Below, in pieces: positions 1 through 8,874 of a stretch of DNA of 64,000 nucleotides. The DNA is taken from positions 766,719 to 830,718 of the forward strand of contig OZ244717.1 in assembly GCA_965218975.1 (NCBI GenBank). Reading direction: 5' to 3'. The notes beneath the pieces were generated by a model. It did no database searches, was not told the DNA's origin, and saw only the letters and a list, made by a program, of their open reading frames with translations. The position numbers were made by a program, and so were the translations under genes. The stretch is from Candidatus Oxydemutatoraceae bacterium (lineage in GTDB: Bacteria > Pseudomonadota > Gammaproteobacteria > Poriferisulfidales > Oxydemutatoraceae). Positions within the stretch are counted from its first letter, which is position 1; the number at the start of each line of letters is the position of its first letter.

Positions 1-525
1 GGAGGGATTCGCAAATTGGATGATGTACGGGTTCTCCTCAATGCTGGCGCCGATAAAGTAGCGATTAATACCGCCGCAGTTTTTGACCCTGATTTTATTC
101 GTCATGCGGCGGATAAGTTCGGGTCGCAATGTATCACAGTGGCGATTGATGCCAAGCAAACCAGCGAGCATCCGATGCGGTGGGAAGTTTACACGCATGG
201 CGGACGACGATCGTCGGGTAAAGATGCGGTAACATGGGCACGGCAAATGGCGCAATTCGGCGCCGGTGAGATTTTGCTGACGAGCATGGACCGCGACGGC
301 ACTAAAATCGGGTTTGATCTGGCGCTGACGCGTACGATATGTGCTGCGGTTTCTATTCCGCTCATCGCTTCCGGCGGGGTCGGCACATTGGAACACCTCT
401 ATGACGGGTTAGTTGAAGGAACCGCCGATGCGGTCTTGGCAGCAAGCATCTTTCATTTTCAGGAATATACTATCCGTCAGGCTAAGGAGTACTTACACCA
501 ACGCGGGGTCGCCGTGCGCCTGTGA
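1..525 (+). CDS. hisF: Imidazole glycerol phosphate synthase cyclase subunit HisF, C-terminal part (5' end upstream of window)
   Basis: Frame is open from nt 1 ([27 protein letters not shown] ... ASGGVG). HisF barrel phosphate-binding motifs are present; hisE follows. Confidence 0.9.
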   Translation, partial: GGIRKLDDVRVLLNAGADKVAINTAAVFDPDFIRHAADKFGSQCITVAIDAKQTSEHPMRWEVYTHGGRRSSGKDAVTWARQMAQFGAGEILLTSMDRDGTKIGFDLALTRTICAAVSIPLIASGGVGTLEHLYDGLVEGTADAVLAASIFHFQEYTIRQAKEYLHQRGVAVRL

Positions 526-575
526 GTGTGCGCTTGGGGTTATAATGGAGACGTTCGGTTTGAGGGAGAGGTTTT

Positions 576-899
576 ATGCAAAATTCCGGTATTCTTGAAA
601 AAATCGCCATGGTGTTGGATGCACGTAAATCTGAGACAGCAGAAAAGTCTTATGCCGCATATCTGTATCAACAGGGGCGCGAGGCTATTCTTGATAAAGT
701 GAACGAGGAAGCTGGAGAGATGTGTGTGGCGGCACGTCAAGACGACAAACAGAATCTGGTGCATGAAGTTGCCGATCTGTGGTTTCACTGCATGGTTTTG
801 CTTGCGCATCGGAATATTCGTCTGCAAGAAGTGTTTACCGAACTAGAGCGTCGTTTTGGAACTTCGGGGCATGCGGAGAAACGTCGGCGGAACAAATGA
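576..899 (+). CDS. hisE: Phosphoribosyl-ATP pyrophosphatase HisE
   Basis: 107 aa with MazG-like helices (SYAAYLYQQG ... EEAGE ... EVADLWFHCMVLL). Located next to hisF. Confidence 0.9.
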   Translation: MQNSGILEKIAMVLDARKSETAEKSYAAYLYQQGREAILDKVNEEAGEMCVAARQDDKQNLVHEVADLWFHCMVLLAHRNIRLQEVFTELERRFGTSGHAEKRRRNK

Positions 900-948
900 C
901 GGATGGCGAAGCGTCCGTTATAAAATCTAACAAGAGAGGTGGAGAAAT

Positions 949-1143
949 ATGTCGTGGGGACCCTTGCAAATATTAGTTGTACTGGCAATTGTTTTGCTGC
1001 TGTTCGGAACAAAAAAGTTGCGTAATCTTGGTTCTGATTTGGGTAGCGCCATCAAAGGATTTAAAAAATCCATGAACCAAGACGAGGAGAAAGAGACAGC
1101 GGCGACAAAACGCAACCCTGTCAACGAAGACGACAAAAACTGA
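949..1143 (+). CDS. tatA: Twin-arginine translocase subunit TatA
   Basis: 64 aa with an N-terminal TM helix and amphipathic helix ([32 protein letters not shown]). First gene of a tatABC order. Confidence 0.9.
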   Translation: MSWGPLQILVVLAIVLLLFGTKKLRNLGSDLGSAIKGFKKSMNQDEEKETAATKRNPVNEDDKN

Positions 1144-1152
1144 AAATAAGTT

Positions 1153-1587
1153 ATGGCAGATTTCGGCTTTTGGGAGTTTATGCTGGTCATGCTCATCGCT
1201 TTGCTTATCGTAGGCCCCGATCGTTTACCGCGTCTGGCGGCGGAGACTGGGAAATGGGTCGGTAAGATCAGACGACTGGCAGCGAGTTTTAAAGATGAAC
1301 TCGCACAGGAGATTGACAGGGACGAATTGAAGAAGACCATCGGTTTGCAGAATGATGAGCTGCAATCGTTAAAGGAAGATTTCCATCAAGTTGCCGAAAC
1401 GGTGAACCGGGATTTGCGTGATCTTGATCCGGTGGCGAAGTCTATGGAAGAGCAGATTGACAAGGGGCGGTTTGTTTCTGCCGATATGACGGATGCGCTG
1501 ATTGAGGAACCTATTCTGAGCGCTAAAGATACAGCGCATGATATGAAGGAAGTGCCGGATGACAAAGACAAAGGAACCGGTACCTGA
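1153..1587 (+). CDS. tatB: Twin-arginine translocase subunit TatB
   Basis: 144 aa with FGFWEFMLVMLIALLIVGPDRLP followed by an acidic tail. Lies between tatA and tatC. Confidence 0.85.
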   Translation: MADFGFWEFMLVMLIALLIVGPDRLPRLAAETGKWVGKIRRLAASFKDELAQEIDRDELKKTIGLQNDELQSLKEDFHQVAETVNRDLRDLDPVAKSMEEQIDKGRFVSADMTDALIEEPILSAKDTAHDMKEVPDDKDKGTGT

Positions 1588-2335
1588 TAGCGATAAAGGA
1601 AGCAGCTTAGTTTCTCACCTCACCGAACTGCGCGGCCGTTTACTCAAAGCCGCCGCCGCGGTGGGCGTTATTTTTTTGATTTTATTCCCGTTCGCGAATG
1701 ACCTGTATCAGTATTTGTCGGTACCGCTTCTGCGTTATTTGCCTGAGGGTGTTTCAATGATCGCCATTGAAGTCGCCTCACCTTTTTTAGTGCCGTTTAA
1801 GCTTGCACTGCTGTTGTCGTTTTTTCTGACGATGCCGTATTTGCTGTATCAGGTATGGGCCTTTGTCGCGCCGGGCTTATATCGCAACGAACGAAGAATT
1901 GCTTTACCGTTGATTGTCTCAAGCACGATATTGTTTTATCTTGGTATCGCATTTGCTTACTTTATCGTGTTTCCTCTGATGTTCGGTTTTTTTACCGCCG
2001 TCGCGCCGGTCGGAGTGACAGTGATGACGGATATCGCACACTATCTGAGCTTTGTATTCAAGATATTCATCGCCTTTGGTATCGCTTTTGAAGTACCGGT
2101 AGCAACCGTGTTATTGGTCAAGGTCGGAACGATGACTTCCGGCAAACTTGCCGCGAAACGTCCGTACGTAATCATCGGAGCGTTTGTCGTCGGCATGATT
2201 TTAACGCCGCCGGACGTGCTTTCTCAGGTATTACTGGCGATACCGATTTGGATATTATTTGAACTAGGGCTATTATTCACTCGCTGGTTACCAGCAGCAC
2301 AAGATACTACAGATACACGAAATAGCACGACATGA
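1559..2335 (+). CDS. tatC: Twin-arginine translocase subunit TatC
   Basis: 258 aa polytopic protein ([15 protein letters not shown] ... six TM segments). Its stop overlaps a gpmI-type ATG as ATGA. Confidence 0.9.
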   Translation: MTKTKEPVPDSDKGSSLVSHLTELRGRLLKAAAAVGVIFLILFPFANDLYQYLSVPLLRYLPEGVSMIAIEVASPFLVPFKLALLLSFFLTMPYLLYQVWAFVAPGLYRNERRIALPLIVSSTILFYLGIAFAYFIVFPLMFGFFTAVAPVGVTVMTDIAHYLSFVFKIFIAFGIAFEVPVATVLLVKVGTMTSGKLAAKRPYVIIGAFVVGMILTPPDVLSQVLLAIPIWILFELGLLFTRWLPAAQDTTDTRNSTT

Positions 2336-3620
2336 CAGCAATGGATCGACTGCCTGGGCAACGTACAGTGCTGGTGATTTTAGATGGTTTTGGGGTGAGT
2401 CCAAGCAAGTCCAATTCGGAGCGTTTGTCGTCGGCATGATTTTAACGCCGCCGGACGTGCTTTCTCAGGTATTACTGGCGATACCGATTTGGATATTATT
2501 TGAACTAGGGCTATTATTCACTCGCTGGTTACCAGCAGCACAAGATACTACAGATACACGAAATAGCACGACATGACAGCAATGGATCGACTGCCTGGGC
2601 AACGTACAGTGCTGGTGATTTTAGATGGTTTTGGGGTGAGTCCAAGCAAGTCCAATTCGGAGCGTTTGTCGTCGGCATGATTTTAACGCCGCCGGACGTG
2701 CTTTCTCAGGTATTACTGGCGATACCGATTTGGATATTATTTGAACTAGGGCTATTATTCACTCGCTGGTTACCAGCAGCACAAGATACTACAGATACAC
2801 GAAATAGCACGACATGACAGCAATGGATCGACTGCCTGGGCAACGTACAGTGCTGGTGATTTTAGATGGTTTTGGGGTGAGTCCAAGCAAGTCCAATTCG
2901 GAGCGTTTGTCGTCGGCATGATTTTAACGCCGCCGGACGTGCTTTCTCAGGTATTACTGGCGATACCGATTTGGATATTATTTGAACTAGGGCTATTATT
3001 CACTCGCTGGTTACCAGCAGCACAAGATACTACAGATACACGAAATAGCACGACATGACAGCAATGGATCGACTGCCTGGGCAACGTACAGTGCTGGTGA
3101 TTTTAGATGGTTTTGGGGTGAGTCCAAGCAAGTCCAATTCGGAGCGTTTGTCGTCGGCATGATTTTAACGCCGCCGGACGTGCTTTCTCAGGTATTACTG
3201 GCGATACCGATTTGGATATTATTTGAACTAGGGCTATTATTCACTCGCTGGTTACCAGCAGCACAAGATACTACAGATACACGAAATAGCACGACATGAC
3301 AGCAATGGATCGACTGCCTGGGCAACGTACAGTGCTGGTGATTTTAGATGGTTTTGGGGTGAGTCCAAGCAAGTCCAATTCGGAGCGTTTGTCGTCGGCA
3401 TGATTTTAACGCCGCCGGACGTGCTTTCTCAGGTATTACTGGCGATACCGATTTGGATATTATTTGAACTAGGGCTATTATTCACTCGCTGGTTACCAGC
3501 AGCACAAGATACTACAGATACACGAAATAGCACGACATGACAGCAATGGATCGACTGCCTGGGCAACGTACAGTGCTGGTGATTTTAGATGGTTTTGGGG
3601 TGAGTCCAAGCAAGTCCAAT
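2175..3620 (+). repeat. Six identical head-to-tail copies of a 241-bp unit (tatC 3' end plus gpmI 5' start)
   Basis: Copies start at 2175, 2416, 2657, 2898, 3139 and 3380. I saw no mismatch by eye. Junction reads ...gtccaat|tcggagcg... Confidence 0.95.
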
Positions 3621-5081
3621 AATGCGGTTTATCTTGCCGATACGCCGCGGCTGGATGATTTGTTTGCCCGTTATCCGCACACATTGCTCGAAGCATCGGG
3701 GCCGGCAGTGGGATTGCCGGTCGGGCAAATCGGCAACTCCGAAGTCGGACACATCGCGATGGGGTGCGGTTGTACCATTGAACAAGATATCGTACGGATT
3801 AATGCTGCGATTGAAGACGGCTCTTTTTTTGAGAATCCTTCATTGGTTTTTGCGATGAAAAAAATTGCCAAGGGCAATCGGCGTATGCAGCTGATTGGGT
3901 TAGTGTCGGACGGCGGTGTTCATTCGCATATCGCACATTTGAAAGCGCTGATTAAATTATGCAAGCAACATCGGGTGCGGCCGTTTTTGCATATGATTAC
4001 CGACGGACGCGATACCGCGCCGCGATATGCGCAAGAGTTTATCAGTGAAGTGGAGCCATTGCTTAAATCTGCGGGCGGTGCGATTATAACTATTATGGGG
4101 CGCTATTATGCAATGGATCGCGATCAACGTTGGGAGCGAACCGAACAAGCGTGGCGAGCGATTATATGCGCCGCGGGCGAGAAATTTATTTCTGCGATGC
4201 AGGCAGTGCATGCCGCATACGCTTCGGGTATCGGAGATGAATTTATTCGTCCCGCAGTGTTGTCGGGCGCGCAACCGCTGACTCAAAATGATCCGTTTAT
4301 CTTGTTCAATTTCAGAAACGACCGACCACGACAGTTGATGTATGCGTTGACAATGCCCGAGTTTGACAATTTTGACCGCGGCGATGCGCCTTTGGTTGAT
4401 GTGACGACTATGACCGAAGTTGATAAGAAGCTGCCGAGTTTGATTGCGTTTGCGCCGATTCGCCCGAAAACTACTTTAAGCGGCGTGATCAGCGAGGCAG
4501 GATATAAGCAATTTCATTGCGCAGAAACGGAAAAATACCCGCATGTAACTTTTTATTTCAACGGCGGTGTGGAGAGTCCGCTCGCCGGTGAAGACAGAAC
4601 CTTGATTCCGTCGCCGAAAGTTTCAACATACGATTTGCAACCACAGATGAGTGCGGCGGAGGTTACTGCGGCGGTGATGCAAGCGATGCGTAACCCCGAG
4701 TATGCGTTTATTGTCGTCAATTTTGCCAATACCGATATGGTCGGACATACCGCTCTTGCGGAGCCGCTGATTCAAGCGGTCAAAACGGTGGATTTTCACA
4801 CCGGGCAGATTGTCGATGTGGCATTTGAGCACGACTGGGCGGTTTTGATTACTGCCGATCATGGGAATTGCGATGAGATGCTGGATCCGCAGACGCAACA
4901 ACCCAATACGCAGCATACATTAAATCCGGTGCCCTGTTTAATTGTCAGTGCGCACAATTGTCAATTGGCGAGCGGATGCAGCATCAGCAGCATCGCGCCG
5001 ACGGTACTTGATTTGATGGGGCTTGAAATTCCTCGCGAAATGGAAGCGCCGTCGGTGATTGTGCGCAGTAGTGACGGTTGA
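3537..5081 (+). CDS. gpmI: 2,3-bisphosphoglycerate-independent phosphoglycerate mutase
   Basis: 514 aa with [15 protein letters not shown] and ADHGN motifs of iPGM. Confidence 0.92.
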   Translation: MTAMDRLPGQRTVLVILDGFGVSPSKSNNAVYLADTPRLDDLFARYPHTLLEASGPAVGLPVGQIGNSEVGHIAMGCGCTIEQDIVRINAAIEDGSFFENPSLVFAMKKIAKGNRRMQLIGLVSDGGVHSHIAHLKALIKLCKQHRVRPFLHMITDGRDTAPRYAQEFISEVEPLLKSAGGAIITIMGRYYAMDRDQRWERTEQAWRAIICAAGEKFISAMQAVHAAYASGIGDEFIRPAVLSGAQPLTQNDPFILFNFRNDRPRQLMYALTMPEFDNFDRGDAPLVDVTTMTEVDKKLPSLIAFAPIRPKTTLSGVISEAGYKQFHCAETEKYPHVTFYFNGGVESPLAGEDRTLIPSPKVSTYDLQPQMSAAEVTAAVMQAMRNPEYAFIVVNFANTDMVGHTALAEPLIQAVKTVDFHTGQIVDVAFEHDWAVLITADHGNCDEMLDPQTQQPNTQHTLNPVPCLIVSAHNCQLASGCSISSIAPTVLDLMGLEIPREMEAPSVIVRSSDG

Positions 5082-5099
5082 CGAATGCCTTATTTGCGT

Positions 5100-5834
5100 T
5101 CAACCGACAGTGCGCGTTGCGCGTGCGGCATAACTTTTAAGCAGGGTGACGATGCGAGCGATTGCCACATCCTTACGGATGGGAATGAAAGTGCCGTCTT
5201 TACGGATTGTGCTGCGGTATTTTTGCAATAATTCTCTTTGTAAATCGCGCGGATATTCGTCAAAGCGGCTGAGCAGTTTGCGCTGCACTTTCCCGACCAC
5301 TTCAATTTCGCGTTGTCCGATAAAGAAGTATTTGCGTTCAAAATCTTTCACCTTGAGGTTGGGAAAATGGATGCGGTAGCGCACGTCAGGGCAAGCGCGA
5401 GTGCGCCCCTCCACTTCGGATGTTTTGCCGGCGGTAACGCAAAACTTACGCGTGTATTCCAATTTTTTAGGCGTTAGTTCAATGTCCCACCCGGCAATTG
5501 CCGTCCGTGCAAGCAAAATGTCGTCGGCAATTTTTTTCTCGGCGCGCAATGTGCGTTCCAGTTCCAAATCAGGGTCTTCGTGCGCTTGATAGCGGCCCCT
5601 TTGCCGGTTATCGGATGAAGAGTTGCCGCCGCAGATTGCTGTAACTTGTTCGTGGCTGAATCCCTTCTCTAAGTAGTAGTTGACGTCCCCGCGTGAGCAT
5701 TCCGCCGCCGTATGACTGCACGCGAACAGACACATCAGACTGCCGATGATCCGAATATGTTTTGATAAGAAATTACGTTGATACAAGAGACCGATCATAG
5801 GCGCACACTGTAAACAATTTTTTCGGTAGGACAA
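5100..5834 (-). CDS. Hypothetical lipoprotein (start possibly at internal Met, 5798)
   Basis: 244-aa ORF with a signal peptide and lipobox-like LFAC. No recognisable catalytic motif. Confidence 0.5.
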   Translation of the reverse strand: MSYRKNCLQCAPMIGLLYQRNFLSKHIRIIGSLMCLFACSHTAAECSRGDVNYYLEKGFSHEQVTAICGGNSSSDNRQRGRYQAHEDPDLELERTLRAEKKIADDILLARTAIAGWDIELTPKKLEYTRKFCVTAGKTSEVEGRTRACPDVRYRIHFPNLKVKDFERKYFFIGQREIEVVGKVQRKLLSRFDEYPRDLQRELLQKYRSTIRKDGTFIPIRKDVAIARIVTLLKSYAARATRTVG

Positions 5835-5855
5835 CTATGTGTTCTAACAAGAGCG

Positions 5856-5921
5856 GTCGACACCATCACATCAACCGGAAAACTGATGTTCCATGTCTTC
5901 GGAGCTCTGGCAACTGAAAGC
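5856..5921 (+). pseudogene. Serine recombinase (resolvase/invertase) fragment
   Basis: VDTITSTGKLMFHVFGALATES resembles the conserved (L)DT.T..GKLMF.V.GA(L)AEFER block. No remainder of the gene is present. Confidence 0.4.
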
Positions 5922-5981
5922 TCCGACACAAAAAAACCGCCTTCGGATGGCTTTTTGTGTTCCATTTGGTGGAGAGTGAAG

Positions 5982-6199
5982 TTAATGATGCAGTGCGAGC
6001 ACGCCGGTATAGACGCCTACGACGCCTGCGATCGTCACGATTGCACCGATAAGGATACCGACGACCCACTGAGTCGTACTGATTTTTGCTGGGCAATTTC
6101 GATCTTCAGCTCATGTAGTCCCTTTTCGAGCTCATACTGTCCTTTTTCAAGATTCAGCAATCGCCGGTCAACGTCTTCAAGCGTTATTTCCATATCCAT
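5982..6199 (-). pseudogene. Small coiled-coil protein with C-terminal TM helix, frameshifted (paralog of 15411-15632 and 17572-17802)
   Basis: M(D)MEITLEDVDRRLLNLEKGQYELEKGLHELKIEIAQQK continues as STTQWVVGILIGAIVTIAGVVGVYTGVLALHH only after a 1-nt shift in the A5 run near 6085. The span is 218 nt, which is not divisible by 3. Confidence 0.45.
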
Positions 6200-6457
6200 T
6201 CTTTTTGATTATTCCCGCATGGAAACTCACCCTGCGGGTTAAACAAATTGAGTCGCCGACCATATAAAACTAGTCATGAGAACTCATACCGCAACGCTTA
6301 TTATCATTGCATTGAATGATGACCCGAACCGTCCGGTTTGTCAAGTTTATGTACGATGCCACCTTAAATGGGATTTTTGAAGGGCTTCGGGGGGAAGCGT
6401 TCGGCAGTAACATTCGGATCGGTGCTTTCTGTCCGTTGCCGGCATGAGGACGGTGCA

Positions 6458-7961
6458 GGGTGAGACGCGCCGCTGAAAACCGATTGGGTTTCAGCGGCGA
6501 ACGACTCGACAAGGACGTCAGGGCTGGCGCTCATTGACAGAACCAAGTCTCGTCATGGGTGAGACGCGCCCGGAAAACCAATTGGTTTTCAGCGGTGAAC
6601 GACCCGACAAGGATGTCGGGGCTGGGGCTTGTTGACAGAACCCAGTCGCGTCATGGGTGAGACGCGCCCGGAAAACCAATTGGTTTTCAGCGGTGAACGA
6701 CCCGACAAGGATGTCGGGGCTGGGGCTTGTTGACAGAACCCAGTCGCGTCATGGGTGAGACGTGCCCGGAAAACCGATCGGTTTTCAGCGGCGAACGACC
6801 CGACAAGGATGTCGGGGCTGGGGCTTGTTGACAGAACCCAGTCGCGTCATGGGTGAGACGCGCCCGGAAAACCAATTGGTTTTCAGCGGCGAACGACCCG
6901 ACAAGGATGTCGGGGCTGGGGCTTGTTGACAGAACCCAGTCGCGTCATGGATGACAGGCACTTTGCCGACAATCCGGCACAATTCGCCAGCAAACACAAA
7001 ATGGTTTCATCAGCTCAAAGATTTTACTGCTGCCGAGATTCGGATAAGCTTGGCGCAGGGTGGGACGCGCCCGGAAAACCGATCGGTTTTCAGCGGCGAA
7101 CGACCCGACATGGATGTCGGGGCTGGCGTTCATTGACAGAACCAAGTCTCGTCATGGGTGAGACGCGCCCGGAAAACCAATTGGTTTTCAGCGGCGAACG
7201 ACCCGACAAGGATGTCGGGGCTGGGGCTTGTTGACAGAACCCAGTCGCGTCATGGATGACAGGCACTTTGCCGACAATCCGGCACAATTCGCCAGCAAAC
7301 ACAAAATGGTTTCATCAGCTCAAAGATTTTACTGCTGCCGAGATTCGGATAAGCTTGGCGCAGAGTGAGACGCGCCCGGAAAACCGACTGGTTTTCAGCG
7401 GCGAACGACTCGACAAGGACGCCGGGGCTGGGGCTTGTTGACAGAACCCAGTCGCGTCATGGGTGAGACGCGCCCGGAAAACCAATTGGTTTTCAGCGGC
7501 GAACGACCCGACAAGGATGTCGAGGCTGGGGCTTGTTGACAGAACCCAGTCGCGTCATGGATGACAGGCACTTTGCCGACAATCCGGCACAATTCGCCAG
7601 CAAACACAAAATGGTTTCATCAGCTCAAAGATTTTACTGCTGCCGAGATTCGGATAAGCTTGGCGCAGAGTGAGACGCGCCCGGAAAACCGACTGGTTTT
7701 CAGCGGCGAACGACTCGACAAGGATGTCGGGGCTGGCGTTCATTGACAGAACCAAGTCTCGTCATGGGTGAGACGCGCCTGGAAAACCGATCGGTTTTCA
7801 GCGGCGAACGACCCGACAAGGATGTCGAGGCTGGGGCTTGTTGACAGAACCCAGTCGCGTCATGGGTGAGACGCGCCCGGAAAACCAATTGGTTTTCAGC
7901 AGTGAACGACCCGACAAGGATGTCGGGGCTGGAGCTTGTTGACAGAACCTAGTCGCGTCAT
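6458..7961 (-). repeat. Array of 12 x 98-nt structured units (A) interleaved with 3 x 109-nt B modules
   Basis: Unit starts are 6458, 6557, 6655, 6753, 6851, [B 6949-7057], 7058, 7156, [B 7254-7362], 7363, 7461, [B 7559-7667], 7668, 7766 and 7864. The period is 98 (99 once). Confidence 0.9.
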
Positions 7962-8230
7962 GGATGACAGGCACTTTGCCGACAATCCGGCACAATCCGC
8001 CGACAACACGGCAACAAGCGCAAAACGGTTTCACACTGAATCGGTTGCGGCCAGATCCGCTGGCGCCTCTTACGCGGCGCTTTGCCGCGATCATGTAAGG
8101 CGCTGAGGCCAGTGCGGCGATAACGCCGACGCCAGCGGTACAAAGTACTGCGACCGATCTTGAATGCGTTCGGGAGTTACAACCCTCCCAAAATGAGGGC
8201 ATCATATTTTTGTTGAGCCGTTGTGTTCAT
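7958..8230 (-). pseudogene. Transposase N-terminal HTH remnant (rve/IS481-like) with in-frame TAA
   Basis: MNTTAQQKYDALILGGL*LPNAFKIGRSTLYRWRRRYRRTGLSALHDRGKAPRKRRQRIWPQPIQCETVLRLL, after which the frame runs into repeat sequence. No catalytic domain follows. Confidence 0.6.
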
Positions 8231-8496
8231 AATGGCCTCTATTTTTGAAGCAAAATTGGCTCATATAGAAACCTTTGATGCGGTGGCCGATGTGCTGATA
8301 TTGCATATCGGTTACCTTTTTGAGTCGTGCCGTAAATCCCACATGTATCTGGCACTGTACACCTCCTTATGCCAAGAAATATGTACAGTGCCGATATGCG
8401 CCGGACTTTTGCAGTTTGTCCGGGGGCAGTATCCGGAATAGAGGCTGTTTTGCCGGCCGCTTGCGTGCAATGGACGGTAGGAGGATAGCCGTATCA

Positions 8497-8874
8497 TCAT
8501 AAATAATGCTTGCGGTGGTGCGAGCGTGTTCCGGATCGTTGCACGATCACGCCGCGAATGACCTCTAAGCTTTTTATTGCAATGGATGGATACTCTCGGT
8601 TAACCGGTGTCAGGAAATAATTACCGTCATGGGAGCTCAGCCGGCGAAAAATGAATCCTTCGTCTTCCAGTTCGGCAACCACGTAGTTGCCGATTTCCGC
8701 GGTGGTTGCCGGCTCTATAATAATGACACATCCGTCGGGAAATTCCGGTTCCATGCTGTCGCCGAGAGCACGCAAGGCATACGGTTCTTTCGACGCGCAG
8801 CTCGCCTCATCTTCAGTTAGCCTAAGTTGCGAAGATGGCGTTTTCAACTCATCGCTCATGCGAAAACCACCCAA
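8497..8874 (-). CDS. S24 (LexA/UmuD-like) peptidase domain protein without DNA-binding domain
   Basis: 125 aa. GDSMEP carries the Ser nucleophile. VVAELEDEGFIFRRL aligns to LexA VVARIDDEVTVKRL. Confidence 0.75.
   Translation of the reverse strand: MGGFRMSDELKTPSSQLRLTEDEASCASKEPYALRALGDSMEPEFPDGCVIIIEPATTAEIGNYVVAELEDEGFIFRRLSSHDGNYFLTPVNREYPSIAIKSLEVIRGVIVQRSGTRSHHRKHYL

Larger units (their letters stand above)
6351..8361 (-). mobile_element. IS-derived head-array-tail repeat cassette, copy 1 (tail at 6351, head at 8361)
   Basis: The ends resemble each other: tgtacgatgcc... at 6350/6351 and ...ggcactgtaca at 8361. The same head, tail and internal modules occur at 14476-15230 and 24196-25715. 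Confidence 0.7.

Noticed and set aside
6687-7888. There are many 60-70-aa ORFs on both strands inside the arrays (for example MFAGELCRIVGKVPVIHDATGFCQQAPAPTSLSGRSPLKT...). The same is seen at 14829-15239 and 24700-25751.
   Set aside because: They are by-products of a repeat whose period (98) is not a multiple of 3. The frames drift between units, both strands are open, and the sequence is dominated by hairpins. I do not treat them as genes.
6458-7961. I asked whether the regular 98-nt periodicity could be a CRISPR array.
   Set aside because: The whole 98-nt unit is conserved, so there are no unique spacers. The units are internally structured and interleaved with transposase-like modules, and no cas genes are in the window.
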